Counted from the stretch's first letter, positions 1 through 8,542 are shown. The stretch: DNA of 64,000 nucleotides from Bacillota bacterium (GCA_021324295.1 JAJPJJ010000082.1:96316-160315), one strand, 5' to 3'. Notes: a model not told the origin generated them from the sequence alone. Program-made: numbers and translations.

Positions 1-942
1 CTCCCGCAGCAGCTCGTCCCACGCGAGCCGCTCGCGGGCGGGATCGACCAGCGGCCTCACGCGCTCGCACCCCTCCGCCAGCGCCCGGTAGAAGGCCGCA
101 TCCGTCTCCGCGCGCCGCAGCAGCTCGGCGAGCGCGCCGGTGTCCTCGACCGGGAAGTACCCGGGATACTCGGCGCCCAGGATCCCCATCGAGCCGGGGA
201 TCCGCGAGGCGAGCACGGGCACGCCGGAGGCGATCGCCTCGGAGAGCGCGTTTGCGCCGCCCTCCGTGCGCGAGCTGAGGACGAGGAGCCGGCTGCCCGC
301 GAGGATGCGCAGCGCCCGCCAGCGCGGGCGCTCGCCGAGCCAGCGATAGCGGGGGTTGTCGGCCTGCTCGGCGAGGGCCTCCCGCTCCATCTCGGGGCTC
401 AGCGCGGCTCCCAGGTGCACGATGCGGATCCGGGAGGAGGCGGGGAGCATCCGGGCCGCCCGCGCCGCGCGCAGCGGGTCCTTGACCGGCCGCAGGTGCG
501 CGAGGACGCACACGTCGAAGGTGCCCGCCCGCGGCGCCCGCGCGCCCGGCGGCGGCGTGGCGGACTGGTAGATCACCCTGGCCTTGTCGTGCAGGTGCGC
601 CGGGAGCTGCGCGATGCCCAGCGGCTGCAGCAGCACGAGCCGGGAGGCCATCTCCAGGGCCTGCTGCGCGAGCGGGTCGGTGTCCAGGTCCCCGTAGAGA
701 TCGGTGCCGGTCAGGACCACGACGAGCGGCCCGCCGGGGTGCCGGTCGCGGTAGCGCGCCGCGGATGAGAAGCTGCGCCGCGCGTGGAGCGCCACCAGCA
801 GGTCGCAGCGGTCGTCGCGGTACTCCTCGCGGACGGCGACCCGGTGCCCGAGCGCCCGGAGGATGCGCGTCCACCGGATCGCGGTGACCCGGTTGCCGCT
901 GCGCGAGCCGGGCGGGGCCGGCGTGATCAGGCAGACGCGCAT
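1..942 (-). CDS. senB: Selenosugar synthase SenB (TIGR04348-type glycosyltransferase), 3' end runs off the window
   Basis: Manual translation from ATG at 942 (absent from the ORF track because it is open at the edge): MRVCLITPAPPGSRSGNRVTAIRW...ALHARRS...LTGTDLY...HLRPVKDP...SSRTEGGANALSEA. These are SenB/GT-B motifs. The gene lies directly downstream of senA. Confidence 0.9.
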   Translation of the reverse strand, partial: MRVCLITPAPPGSRSGNRVTAIRWTRILRALGHRVAVREEYRDDRCDLLVALHARRSFSSAARYRDRHPGGPLVVVLTGTDLYGDLDTDPLAQQALEMASRLVLLQPLGIAQLPAHLHDKARVIYQSATPPPGARAPRAGTFDVCVLAHLRPVKDPLRAARAARMLPASSRIRIVHLGAALSPEMEREALAEQADNPRYRWLGERPRWRALRILAGSRLLVLSSRTEGGANALSEAIASGVPVLASRIPGSMGILGAEYPGYFPVEDTGALAELLRRAETDAAFYRALAEGCERVRPLVDPARERLAWDELLRE

Positions 943-1005
943 CTCAGCGGCGCTACGCTGCCCGGCACCCCGCGGCCGCGCCCGAGACAGAGACCCACCG
1001 GTCCT

Positions 1006-2370
1006 TCAGCCGCCCGCCCTGCAGGTGCGGAATCCCGCCAGCACGTCGCGCCGGTCCGGCGTGAAGTAGTTGCGCCAGGTGTTGCGCAGCATCCGCGAGC
1101 GCGTCGCCCAGCAGCCCCCGCGCAGGACCTTCCGCGTCCCGAACCAGGGCTCGGAATACTCCTTGTACGGATCCGGGGTGAAGCCCGGATAGGGCAGGAA
1201 CGTGCTGCTCGTCCACTCCCAGACGTTGCCGATCATCTGCCGGCATCCGAACGCGCTGTCGCCCGCGGGAAGGGCGCCGACATCCAGACAGCCCATGGCC
1301 TGCCAGTCCAGGTTCGCGCGCCGCGGCGTCGGGGGCTCGTTCCCCCACGGGAAGCGCCGCTTCGCACCGGACAGCCGTGCGCCGCCCGGCCCCGGATCCG
1401 ACGCCGCGGCGGCTTCCCACTCCGCCTCCGTCGGCAGCCGGCGGCCCGCCCACCGGCAGTAGGCGTCCGCCTCGTACCAGTTGACGTGAATGACCGGGCG
1501 GTGCGGCTCGAGCGCGCGCCACTCGTCGAAATCCCGGCGCAGCCAGGCGCCGGCGTCGCGCCGCCAGTACACCGGATGCTCCGCGCGGGCCTGCTCGCGC
1601 CACGCCCACCCGTCCTCGCTCCACAGCTCACGCCGCCGATAGCCGCCGTCGTCCACGAACGCCGCGAACTCGGCCTGGGTGACGGGCGCGCGCGCGATCG
1701 CAAACGGCCCCACCTCCACCGGGTGCGCCCACTTCTCGTTGTCGAAGACGAACGGCTCGTCCGGCGTGGCGCCCAGCGCGAGCGTGCCGCCCGGCACCTC
1801 CACGTCGCCCGGGAGCGGCCCACCACCGGCCGCGCCCCGGGGATCGCGCTGTCCGAGCTCCCGCGCCGGGGCGTCCGATCCGGCGCCGGTGCGAAACAGG
1901 CGCGGCGCGGGATACGCCAGCGTCTGCCGCGTGTAGGTGAACGCCTCCGTGTGCATATCCTCGTGGAACACCGTGTAGAGGACGTGGTACGCCAGCTCCG
2001 GACCCGGCGCGCCACGGGCGAGCACCTCGCACACGCGGTCCCGCACCGCGCGCATGTAGGCCAGGGTCTCCTCGCGGGACGGCAGCGGCAGGTCCCATCG
2101 CGCGTCGTGCGGCACCGCCATCGAGTCGTACAGCGCGTCCGCATCGGCGCGGATCGGTTGCTCGCCGCACACGTGCCGCAGGACCCACTTCTCCTGGAAC
2201 CACGCCATGTGCCCGATCTCCCAGAGCATCGGGTTGACGATCGAGAGGCGCGGCCCCATCAGTTGCTCGTCGGTGAGATCGGCGACCAGCTCAAACGTGC
2301 GCTCGCGAGCATCCCGCACGTACTCGGCCAGGTCCTGCGCGGTCACGGTGGCATCGAGGGGGAGGACCAT
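1006..2370 (-). CDS. senA: Selenoneine synthase SenA (EgtB-like DinB plus FGE-sulfatase non-heme iron enzyme)
   Basis: NPMLWEIGHMAWFQEKW, iron motif HEDMHTE (HxxxHxE), FGE domain RLPTEAEWE, GNVWEWT, RGGCW, AGFRTC; adjacent to senB; GGAGG RBS upstream. Confidence 0.9.
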   Translation of the reverse strand: MVLPLDATVTAQDLAEYVRDARERTFELVADLTDEQLMGPRLSIVNPMLWEIGHMAWFQEKWVLRHVCGEQPIRADADALYDSMAVPHDARWDLPLPSREETLAYMRAVRDRVCEVLARGAPGPELAYHVLYTVFHEDMHTEAFTYTRQTLAYPAPRLFRTGAGSDAPARELGQRDPRGAAGGGPLPGDVEVPGGTLALGATPDEPFVFDNEKWAHPVEVGPFAIARAPVTQAEFAAFVDDGGYRRRELWSEDGWAWREQARAEHPVYWRRDAGAWLRRDFDEWRALEPHRPVIHVNWYEADAYCRWAGRRLPTEAEWEAAAASDPGPGGARLSGAKRRFPWGNEPPTPRRANLDWQAMGCLDVGALPAGDSAFGCRQMIGNVWEWTSSTFLPYPGFTPDPYKEYSEPWFGTRKVLRGGCWATRSRMLRNTWRNYFTPDRRDVLAGFRTCRAGG

Positions 2371-2741
2371 CAGCGACCTCCTAGGGGAGCGCTCGGCCGG
2401 GGCCGCGGGCAGTCCGCGGGCCTCCTGGACGAAAACGCTGGAGGCTTAGGCGGCGTCCGGCGGCACTCCTTCCCGGCCCACCCGGTGGGCGCCGCGGGGA
2501 GGAGCGCTGCTCCACCGCGATGCCCGGGCCGCGCGCGCGGTCCCCGGGGACGCGCCCGTTCCCATCCGTCCCGCGCCCGGGATCGCTCGCAGGGGACGAA
2601 GGACGCCGGCTGCAATGCCCGGCGGAGGCCGGACATCGCGCTGCACGCACGCCAGCACGCCATCGCGCCGGGTCTGGCAGCGGGTGCGGAGGGGCAGGGC
2701 CGGCCCGGGCGCCCGTCCGGGGTCCGGCGCACGGTGGACCC

Positions 2742-3824
2742 CTACAGGCCGAACGCGTGCGCGAGCAGCCCCGCGAGCAGCCCGGTGGCCGCGGTCAGGC
2801 CGCCCAGGAGCGCGAGCACGCGCACGGGGAGCACGCGCGCGAGCATGAGCAGAGACGGCAGGCTCACCGGCGCGAGCGTCAGCAGCAGGACGCCGGCCGG
2901 ACCGGCCCCCACCCCGGCCGCCAGCATCGTCTGGATGATCGGGATCTCGCCCGCCGTGGGAATGACGAAGAGCGTCCCCAGGACCGCGAGCGCCGCGAGG
3001 ACGAGGGGATCGCCGCCCAGGTGCAGGCCGCCGGATGGGAAGAAGAACGCGCGCGCCGCCCCCAGCAGCGCAACCATCACGATGTACTCGGGCGTGAGGC
3101 GCACCGCGAGTCGCAGCAGGCTGCGCAGCCAGCTGGACGCCCCAGGCTGTTCTCCCGCCTCCGCGGCGGTCCGCGGCGGAACCTCAGGCGCGGCGGCGTC
3201 CGGGGCGTTCCGGCCCGTCTGCGCGACGAGGCGGGATGCCAGGAGGGCGCCGCCGAGGACGAGCGCGACGCCCAGCGCCACCCGCAGGGCCGCCCAGGGC
3301 CAGCCGAGCGTCAGCACGATGAAGGCCAGGACGGCGGGATTCAGCGTGGGGTTCCCCAGCCACAGCGCTGCCGTGCTGCCGATCGAGGCTCCCTTCTTCC
3401 GGAGGCTCACGGCCACCGGTGCGGCGCAGCACGTTCACATCATGCCCGGCAGCGCGAGCACGCCGCCGAGCACGGACGAGCGCAGGGTCCCGCTGCAGAG
3501 CACACGGGTCAGCCAGTCGCGGGGGAGCAGCGTCTCGATCGTGGCGGCCAGCAGCAACCCGAGCACCCACGCCTGCCACACCGACTTGAAGTAGCTCTGC
3601 GCGTACTGGATGGCGGCAGCCACCGATGGCGAGGGCGCCGCGACGCCGGTGCTGAAGACGATGTTGCTGCCGATCGAGTGCCGGACGGCCGCGGCGAGGG
3701 CCCGGTGGAAATACGGGTTCCACTTGACGATGAACAGCCCTAGGACCGCGATCGCGAGCAGGACGCCGAGGCCGCGCAGGTGTTCCGGAAGCCGGCCCGG
3801 TGCCGTCGCCGCTCGATCTTCCAT
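2742..3824 (-). CDS. YraQ/DUF318-family permease with an in-frame TGA at codon 130, putative selenoprotein (360 aa if read through)
   Basis: ORFs 3435..4145 and 2742..3416 are in the same frame, separated only by TGA at 3435-3437. Joined they read ...VKWNPYF...YFKSVWQAWVLGLL...LALPGMM*TCCAAPVAVSLRKKGASIGSTAALWLGNPTLNPA...FVIPTAGEIPIIQ..., matching the YraQ pattern LPGMMCTCCAAPV. Confidence 0.85.
3399..3419 (-). promoter_or_regulatory. Candidate bacterial SECIS element
   Basis: mRNA +16..+36 after the UGA is CCGG-U-GGC-[CGUGA]-GCC-U-CCGG: two stems, a U-U mismatch, and an apical loop starting at +24 with G in position 2. Folded by eye only. Confidence 0.55.
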
Positions 3825-3881
3825 ACTCAGCCTGTCCCCCTGCCCTCCGCACGGGCGCGCCGGAAGCACCGCCCGCGCTCC

Positions 3882-3940
3882 CTTGAGCAAACCATACCGA
3901 GTTGGTATGCTACGCTCAAGCGTCCTACCGATTCGGTATG
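3882..3940. promoter_or_regulatory. Twin LysR-type operator (T-N11-A palindromes) between the permease and the LysR gene
   Basis: CATACC-GAGTT-GGTATG (3893-3909), flanked symmetrically by CTTGAGC/GCTCAAG, and TACCGA-T-TCGGTA (3926-3938); centres 31 bp apart. Confidence 0.7.
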
Positions 3941-3969
3941 TCCCTCGGACGCACCGAGGGGATCGCCAG

Positions 3970-4884
3970 ATGGAGGAGCCGAGCGAGCTCCAGGCGTTTC
4001 TGCGCGTGGCCGCCTGCGGCAGCCTGACCGCCGCGGCCCGGGAGCTCGGCCTCACCCAGCCCGGCCTGAGCCGCCAGATGCAGAAGCTGGAGCGGCGGCT
4101 CCAGGTGTCCCTCTTCGCGCGGACCCCCGCCGGCGTCACCCTCACGCCGGCGGGCGAGCGGTTCCGGGCCTACGCCGAGGAACTGCTGGCACGTCACCGG
4201 CAGCTGCTCGACGAGCTGCGCGGGACGGAGGCCGGCCTCGCGGGCACGCTGCGCGTGGCGGCCAGCACGACGCCGGGAGAGTTCCTCGTGCCGCGGCTCG
4301 TCGCGGAGTTCACCGGACGCCACCCGGACGTGCGGCCGGTCGTCTTCACCGCCGACTCCGAAGAGGTCACGAGCGAGCTGCTCGAGCGACGCTGGGACGT
4401 GGGCTTCGTCGGCGCGCGGATCAAGCGGGACGGGCTGCGCTTCGATCCGGTGGCGGACGACGAGATCGTCCTCGCCGTGCCGGCGCACCACCCGCTGGCC
4501 CCGGCGGCGGAGGTCCCGCTCGGGGCGCTCGCCGGTCAGCGCTTCGTGGACCGAGAAGGCGGCTCCGGCACCCTGCTGAGCGTCCGCCGCGCGCTGGCCG
4601 AGCGCGGGCTCCAGCTTCCACCGTACCGGGTGAGCATGACGCTTACCACGACGCAGGCGATCGTGTCGGCGGTGCGGGCCGGCTACGGGATCGGGTTCGT
4701 GTCCTCGATGGCGCTCGCGGATCGCCCAGATGGGCGCGTCGTGGGGGTGCGCCTCGCGGGCGTCCCGCTGCGCCGCACGCTCTACATGGTGCGCGAGAAG
4801 CGGCGGGTCCTCTCCCCCGTCGCGCGCCGCTTTGCCGAGTTCGTCCTCGCTCGGTCCGCGCCGCCGGGCCGGCCGTCGCGCTGA
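3970..4884 (+). CDS. LysR family regulator, CysL-like / selenium-metabolism-associated type
   Basis: HTH GSLTAAARELGLTQPGLSRQMQKLE; substrate domain AASTTPGEFLVP, REGGSGT, AVRAGYGIGFVS; divergent from the TGA-containing permease. Confidence 0.88.
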   Translation: MEEPSELQAFLRVAACGSLTAAARELGLTQPGLSRQMQKLERRLQVSLFARTPAGVTLTPAGERFRAYAEELLARHRQLLDELRGTEAGLAGTLRVAASTTPGEFLVPRLVAEFTGRHPDVRPVVFTADSEEVTSELLERRWDVGFVGARIKRDGLRFDPVADDEIVLAVPAHHPLAPAAEVPLGALAGQRFVDREGGSGTLLSVRRALAERGLQLPPYRVSMTLTTTQAIVSAVRAGYGIGFVSSMALADRPDGRVVGVRLAGVPLRRTLYMVREKRRVLSPVARRFAEFVLARSAPPGRPSR

Positions 4885-4942
4885 TCGCCCGCGCTTTTGC
4901 GCGCACGAGCGCGGCGTCACCGGGGCGCCCGCGCCGCCAGTG

Positions 4943-4956
4943 TATAATGGCTGGCG
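4943..4956 (+). promoter_or_regulatory. Perfect -10 TATAAT placed for a leaderless start at GTG 4956
   Basis: TATAAT at 4943-4948, in-frame GTG at 4956, no Shine-Dalgarno sequence visible. Confidence 0.5.
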
Positions 4957-5711
4957 TGGACCAGCATGCGGTGCCGGCGATCGCCGTCGAACAGCTCACC
5001 AAAGCATTCGGCCGGCTCGTGGTCGTGGACGACATCTCGTTCTCGGTTGCCCCGGGGGAGATCGTCGGGTTCCTCGGCCCGAACGGGGCCGGCAAGACCA
5101 CCACGCTCGCGATGCTGCTCGGGCTGCTGCGGCCGACGCGCGGCCGTGTGCGGGTCCTCGGCCTTCCGATGCCGCAGGCGCGCCAGCGGGTCCTCGCGCG
5201 CGTGAACTTCACGTCGCCCTACGTGTCGCTGCCCGGCAACCTCAGCGTGCGCGAGAACCTCACGGTGTTCGCCCGCCTCTACGGCGTGCGCAACGCGCGG
5301 TCGCGGATGGAGGGGCTGCTCGCCCGGTTCGGCCTCGCCGGGATGGAGGGCCGCACCACCGGCCGCCTCTCCTCGGGAGAGAGCACGCGGCTCGGGCTCG
5401 TCAAGGCGCTGCTCAACGATCCGCAGGTCCTGTTCCTCGACGAGCCGACGGCCAGCCTGGATCCGGACGGCGCGGAGCGCGTGCGCGAGATCCTGCGGCA
5501 GATCCGCGCGGAGCGCGGCATGACGATCTTCTACACCTCGCACAACATGCAGGAGGTCGAGCGGTTGAGCGACCGGATTCTCTTCCTCCATCGCGGCCGT
5601 GTGATCGCCGAGGGACCGCCCCGCGACGTGCTCCGGCGGTTCGAGCGCGACACGCTCGAGCGCATGTTCCTCGACCTCGCCCGCGAGGGCCAGGAGGTGA
5701 GCGCCCCGTGA
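4956..5711 (+). CDS. ABC-2 type exporter ATP-binding protein (alternative start ATG 4947)
   Basis: Walker A GPNGAGKTT, signature LSSGE, Walker B FLDEPT, H-loop SHNM. Confidence 0.9.
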   Translation: MDQHAVPAIAVEQLTKAFGRLVVVDDISFSVAPGEIVGFLGPNGAGKTTTLAMLLGLLRPTRGRVRVLGLPMPQARQRVLARVNFTSPYVSLPGNLSVRENLTVFARLYGVRNARSRMEGLLARFGLAGMEGRTTGRLSSGESTRLGLVKALLNDPQVLFLDEPTASLDPDGAERVREILRQIRAERGMTIFYTSHNMQEVERLSDRILFLHRGRVIAEGPPRDVLRRFERDTLERMFLDLAREGQEVSAP

Positions 5712-6574
5712 GCGCCGTGCGCGCGGCCGCTCCGGGGCCGACCTCCCCGGTCCCGCCGGCGGAGATCGCGCTGCGGCCCGGGATCAGCGCCGGCCGGATC
5801 GTGGCGCTCCTCCTCCGGCAGCTCTTCCTGTACCGGCGGAGTATGATCCGGTCGCTGGAGATCATCTACTGGCCGGTCCTGGACCTCCTCGTCTGGGGCT
5901 TCCTCAGCGTCTACGTGGCCCGGCTCCGCGGGGGCGCCGGCGTCGCGGTGGCGTTTCTCATCGGCGGGATGATCCTGTGGGACATCTTCTTCCGGGTCCA
6001 GCAGGCGATCTCGGTGTCGTTCCTGGAGGACGTGTGGACGCGAAATCTGGTCAACGTGTTCGTGAGCCCGATCAGCACGGTCGAGTTTCTGCTGGCGACG
6101 ATGCTGCTGGGCGTGATGAAGATCGTGGTCATCGGGTTCCTGCTGGCCGCGCTCGCGCTGGCGCTGTACGCGTTCAACATCTTCCAGTATGGGCTGGGCC
6201 TCCTGCCGTTCGTCCTCAACCTGATCCTCGCGGCGTGGGGGATGGGGATCATCACGACGGCGCTGATCCTCCGCTTCGGGCAGGGCGCCGAGGCGCTGGC
6301 GTGGGCGCTGGCGTTCCTGTTCCAGCCGTTCTCCGCGGTGTTCTACCCCGTGGCGGTCCTCCCGCCCGCGCTGCAGGCTGCCGCCTGGATCCTGCCGACG
6401 ACGCACGCGTTCGAGGGGATGCGGGCGGTCCTGGCCGGGCGCGCGGTCCCGTGGGCGCACGTCGGGTGGGCGGCTGTGGAGAACGCGGTGCTGCTGGGCC
6501 TGGCCGCCGCGGTCTTCGCCTGGGTGATGCGGATCGCCCGCGAGACCGGGCTGCTGCTGCGGACCGAGGGGTAG
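5708..6574 (+). CDS. ABC-2 type exporter permease
   Basis: Six hydrophobic segments, FSAVFYPVAVLP...ILPTTHAFEGMR; GTGA overlap with the ATPase stop. Confidence 0.88.
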   Translation: MSAVRAAAPGPTSPVPPAEIALRPGISAGRIVALLLRQLFLYRRSMIRSLEIIYWPVLDLLVWGFLSVYVARLRGGAGVAVAFLIGGMILWDIFFRVQQAISVSFLEDVWTRNLVNVFVSPISTVEFLLATMLLGVMKIVVIGFLLAALALALYAFNIFQYGLGLLPFVLNLILAAWGMGIITTALILRFGQGAEALAWALAFLFQPFSAVFYPVAVLPPALQAAAWILPTTHAFEGMRAVLAGRAVPWAHVGWAAVENAVLLGLAAAVFAWVMRIARETGLLLRTEG

Positions 6575-6750
6575 CCAGCCACGTCCGCGATCGCCGCACC
6601 CAGCGCCGGCGCAAGCGGCTCCTCCGGCGACGGACGCGTCCGGACGCGGGCTTCCGATTTGACTGTGCGCAGGGAAGCCCGGGGATGCGCCGAATGTCCT
6701 TGCGCGGGCTTGCGGCGACGGCGTCCGCCGGGGGTGCCCGAGGCGAAGCT

Positions 6751-8412
6751 GTGCTGACGGTCAGGCAGGCGTTGGAGCTCGACGTGCTCCGGGACGTGAA
6801 GGTCGTCGCGGGCGGCGCCGGCCTCGACCTGCAGATTCGCTGGTGTCACATCATCGATAACCCGGAGATTGTCCAGTGGATCCAGGGCGGCGAGTTGCTC
6901 CTGACCACGGGGTATGGCTGGCCGGAGGTCGAGCAGACGAGCCGCCGCACCATCCGGGCGCTCAACGCGAAGAGGCTGGCGGCGATTCTCTTCGACCCTG
7001 GTCCGTTCCTCGGCGAGATTCCGGCCAATGTTGTAGACGAAGCGGCCCGTCTCTCGCTGCCAGTCCTCGTCGCTCCACGCAAACTGCGGTTTGCCGACGT
7101 CACGGAGGCCGTCGGGCGGGAGCTGATCCGGCGGCAATACGAAATGATCGAACGCGCCGACCGCTATCATCGTCAGATCACCGCGGCAGCGGTGGAGGCG
7201 CGGGATCTCAACGATATCGCCCGGACGGTCTCGCGGTTGACGCGCCGCTCCGTCACGATCGAGGATGCGGACTGCCGGCCGCTCGCGCACGCCGATGGCG
7301 GGCAGGGGCCCGCCGCCGCGCAGGCGGCGGGCGGGCCTGCCTCCGGCTCCGTACCGGCGCTCCGCAGCTGCCGCGCCGCGGAGACCGTCCGCGAGCGTCT
7401 GCGCAGCACCGACGGCGCCATGCGGCTGGCCGGCCGCGCGGCCTGCGCGATCCGGGCCGGCAGCGAGTTGCTCGGGTATCTGTGGATCCTGGAGGGCGCA
7501 GCACCTCTCGGCGATCTGGAACTGCGTGTTGCGGAGCACGGTTCTATGGTCGCCGCCTTGCACATTCTGCGACAGCGGTCGCAAGCGGCGGTTGAGGCGA
7601 GAATCGGTCACACCGTCGTCGACGCGCTGATCCGCGGAGACGTGCCGGAGGAAGACCTGATCGAGCGGGCGCGGCTGCTTGGGTACGACCCGGGGGACCG
7701 CTATGCCGTGATGATCGTCTCGCTCGCGGACCGCGCGGGACGCAGCCGGAAGTGGCCGCTCAGCACCCGGGAGGAATACTACCGGCGCGAGCGCGCCTCG
7801 CAGATCGTGCGCCGGCTGCTCGGACAAGAGCGGCTTCCCGTTCTGTCCACCTACTCGCTCAACCGTATCGTCTGTCTGCTCCCCGTCGGACGGATGACGG
7901 GGAGCGACGGGCTGCGCCGGTTTGCGCGTCTCGTGCACGAGCATCTTCACGGAGCGGGCGGCGTGGCGCCGCTGCTGATCGCGGTAGGGAGCGCCCACGC
8001 CGGGTTGTCGGGCGTTGCCAAGGCGTATTGGGAAGCCGACCGTGCGATCGGCATGGCGAAGGGGACCGATCGTGTCTTGTTCTTCGAGGATCTGACGCTC
8101 GCGCATCTCTTGGCGCAGATCTCCGACTCCGCATCCCTGCAGGCCGCGTATGTCCGGACCCTCGGCGAGGTGCTGGCCGGTCCGGATGGCCGCGCCGTGC
8201 GCGAAACGCTGTGGGCCCTTGTTGACTCGGGATTCAATCGGGAGGCCGCGGCGGCGGCGTTGGGCATTCACCGGAACACCATTCGGGCCCGTATCCAGCG
8301 AGCGCAGGCCTTGCTTGGCCGGTCCCTGGACGAACCGGCGATCCGTCGTGATCTCGCGGTCATGAAGGAGATCGAACATCTGTTGGATACCGCGGCCCGT
8401 CCTGCGACTTAG
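6751..8412 (+). CDS. PucR/CdaR family transcriptional regulator (start approximate)
   Basis: N-terminal PucR domain VVAGGAGLD...WIQGGELLLTTG; C-terminal HTH AAAALGIHRNTIRARI. Confidence 0.88.
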   Translation: MLTVRQALELDVLRDVKVVAGGAGLDLQIRWCHIIDNPEIVQWIQGGELLLTTGYGWPEVEQTSRRTIRALNAKRLAAILFDPGPFLGEIPANVVDEAARLSLPVLVAPRKLRFADVTEAVGRELIRRQYEMIERADRYHRQITAAAVEARDLNDIARTVSRLTRRSVTIEDADCRPLAHADGGQGPAAAQAAGGPASGSVPALRSCRAAETVRERLRSTDGAMRLAGRAACAIRAGSELLGYLWILEGAAPLGDLELRVAEHGSMVAALHILRQRSQAAVEARIGHTVVDALIRGDVPEEDLIERARLLGYDPGDRYAVMIVSLADRAGRSRKWPLSTREEYYRRERASQIVRRLLGQERLPVLSTYSLNRIVCLLPVGRMTGSDGLRRFARLVHEHLHGAGGVAPLLIAVGSAHAGLSGVAKAYWEADRAIGMAKGTDRVLFFEDLTLAHLLAQISDSASLQAAYVRTLGEVLAGPDGRAVRETLWALVDSGFNREAAAAALGIHRNTIRARIQRAQALLGRSLDEPAIRRDLAVMKEIEHLLDTAARPAT

Positions 8413-8433
8413 CGTTCGATCTGGCTACCGGTC

Positions 8434-8481
8434 CTGTGCAGACCGCACAGATCGAGGCGACTGGGTGGTGCGACGGGCACC
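8434..8481. promoter_or_regulatory. Tandem GTGC-N5-GCAC palindromes, probable operator for the adjacent PucR-family regulator
   Basis: CTGTGC-AGACC-GCACAG (8434-8450) and GGTGC-GACGG-GCACC (8467-8481), centres 32 bp apart, upstream of the catabolic operon. Confidence 0.6.
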
Positions 8482-8542
8482 TTGAATCTTCAGTCCCGGA
8501 CGCGCACTGTGGTTAAGGAACGTCCGGTCCACGGTCAGTGAC

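Noticed and set aside
1006-2370. Annotation as ergothioneine sulfoxide synthase EgtB
   Set aside because: Adjacency to a SenB-type glycosyltransferase and the WEIGHMAWFQE motif favour SenA; no egtC or egtD is adjacent in the window.
3435-3437. Permease TGA read as a simple nonsense mutation (pseudogene)
   Set aside because: Not excluded, since TGC to TGA is a single change. It is disfavoured because it is the only lesion, falls on a conserved Cys, has a SECIS-like hairpin and lies beside senAB.
784-3594. 936-aa plus-strand ORF and other very long ORFs (26700..30899, 50812..54552, 54794..57958)
   Set aside because: They are antisense shadows of real genes, typical of high-GC DNA: Arg/Pro/Ala-rich with no recognisable motifs.
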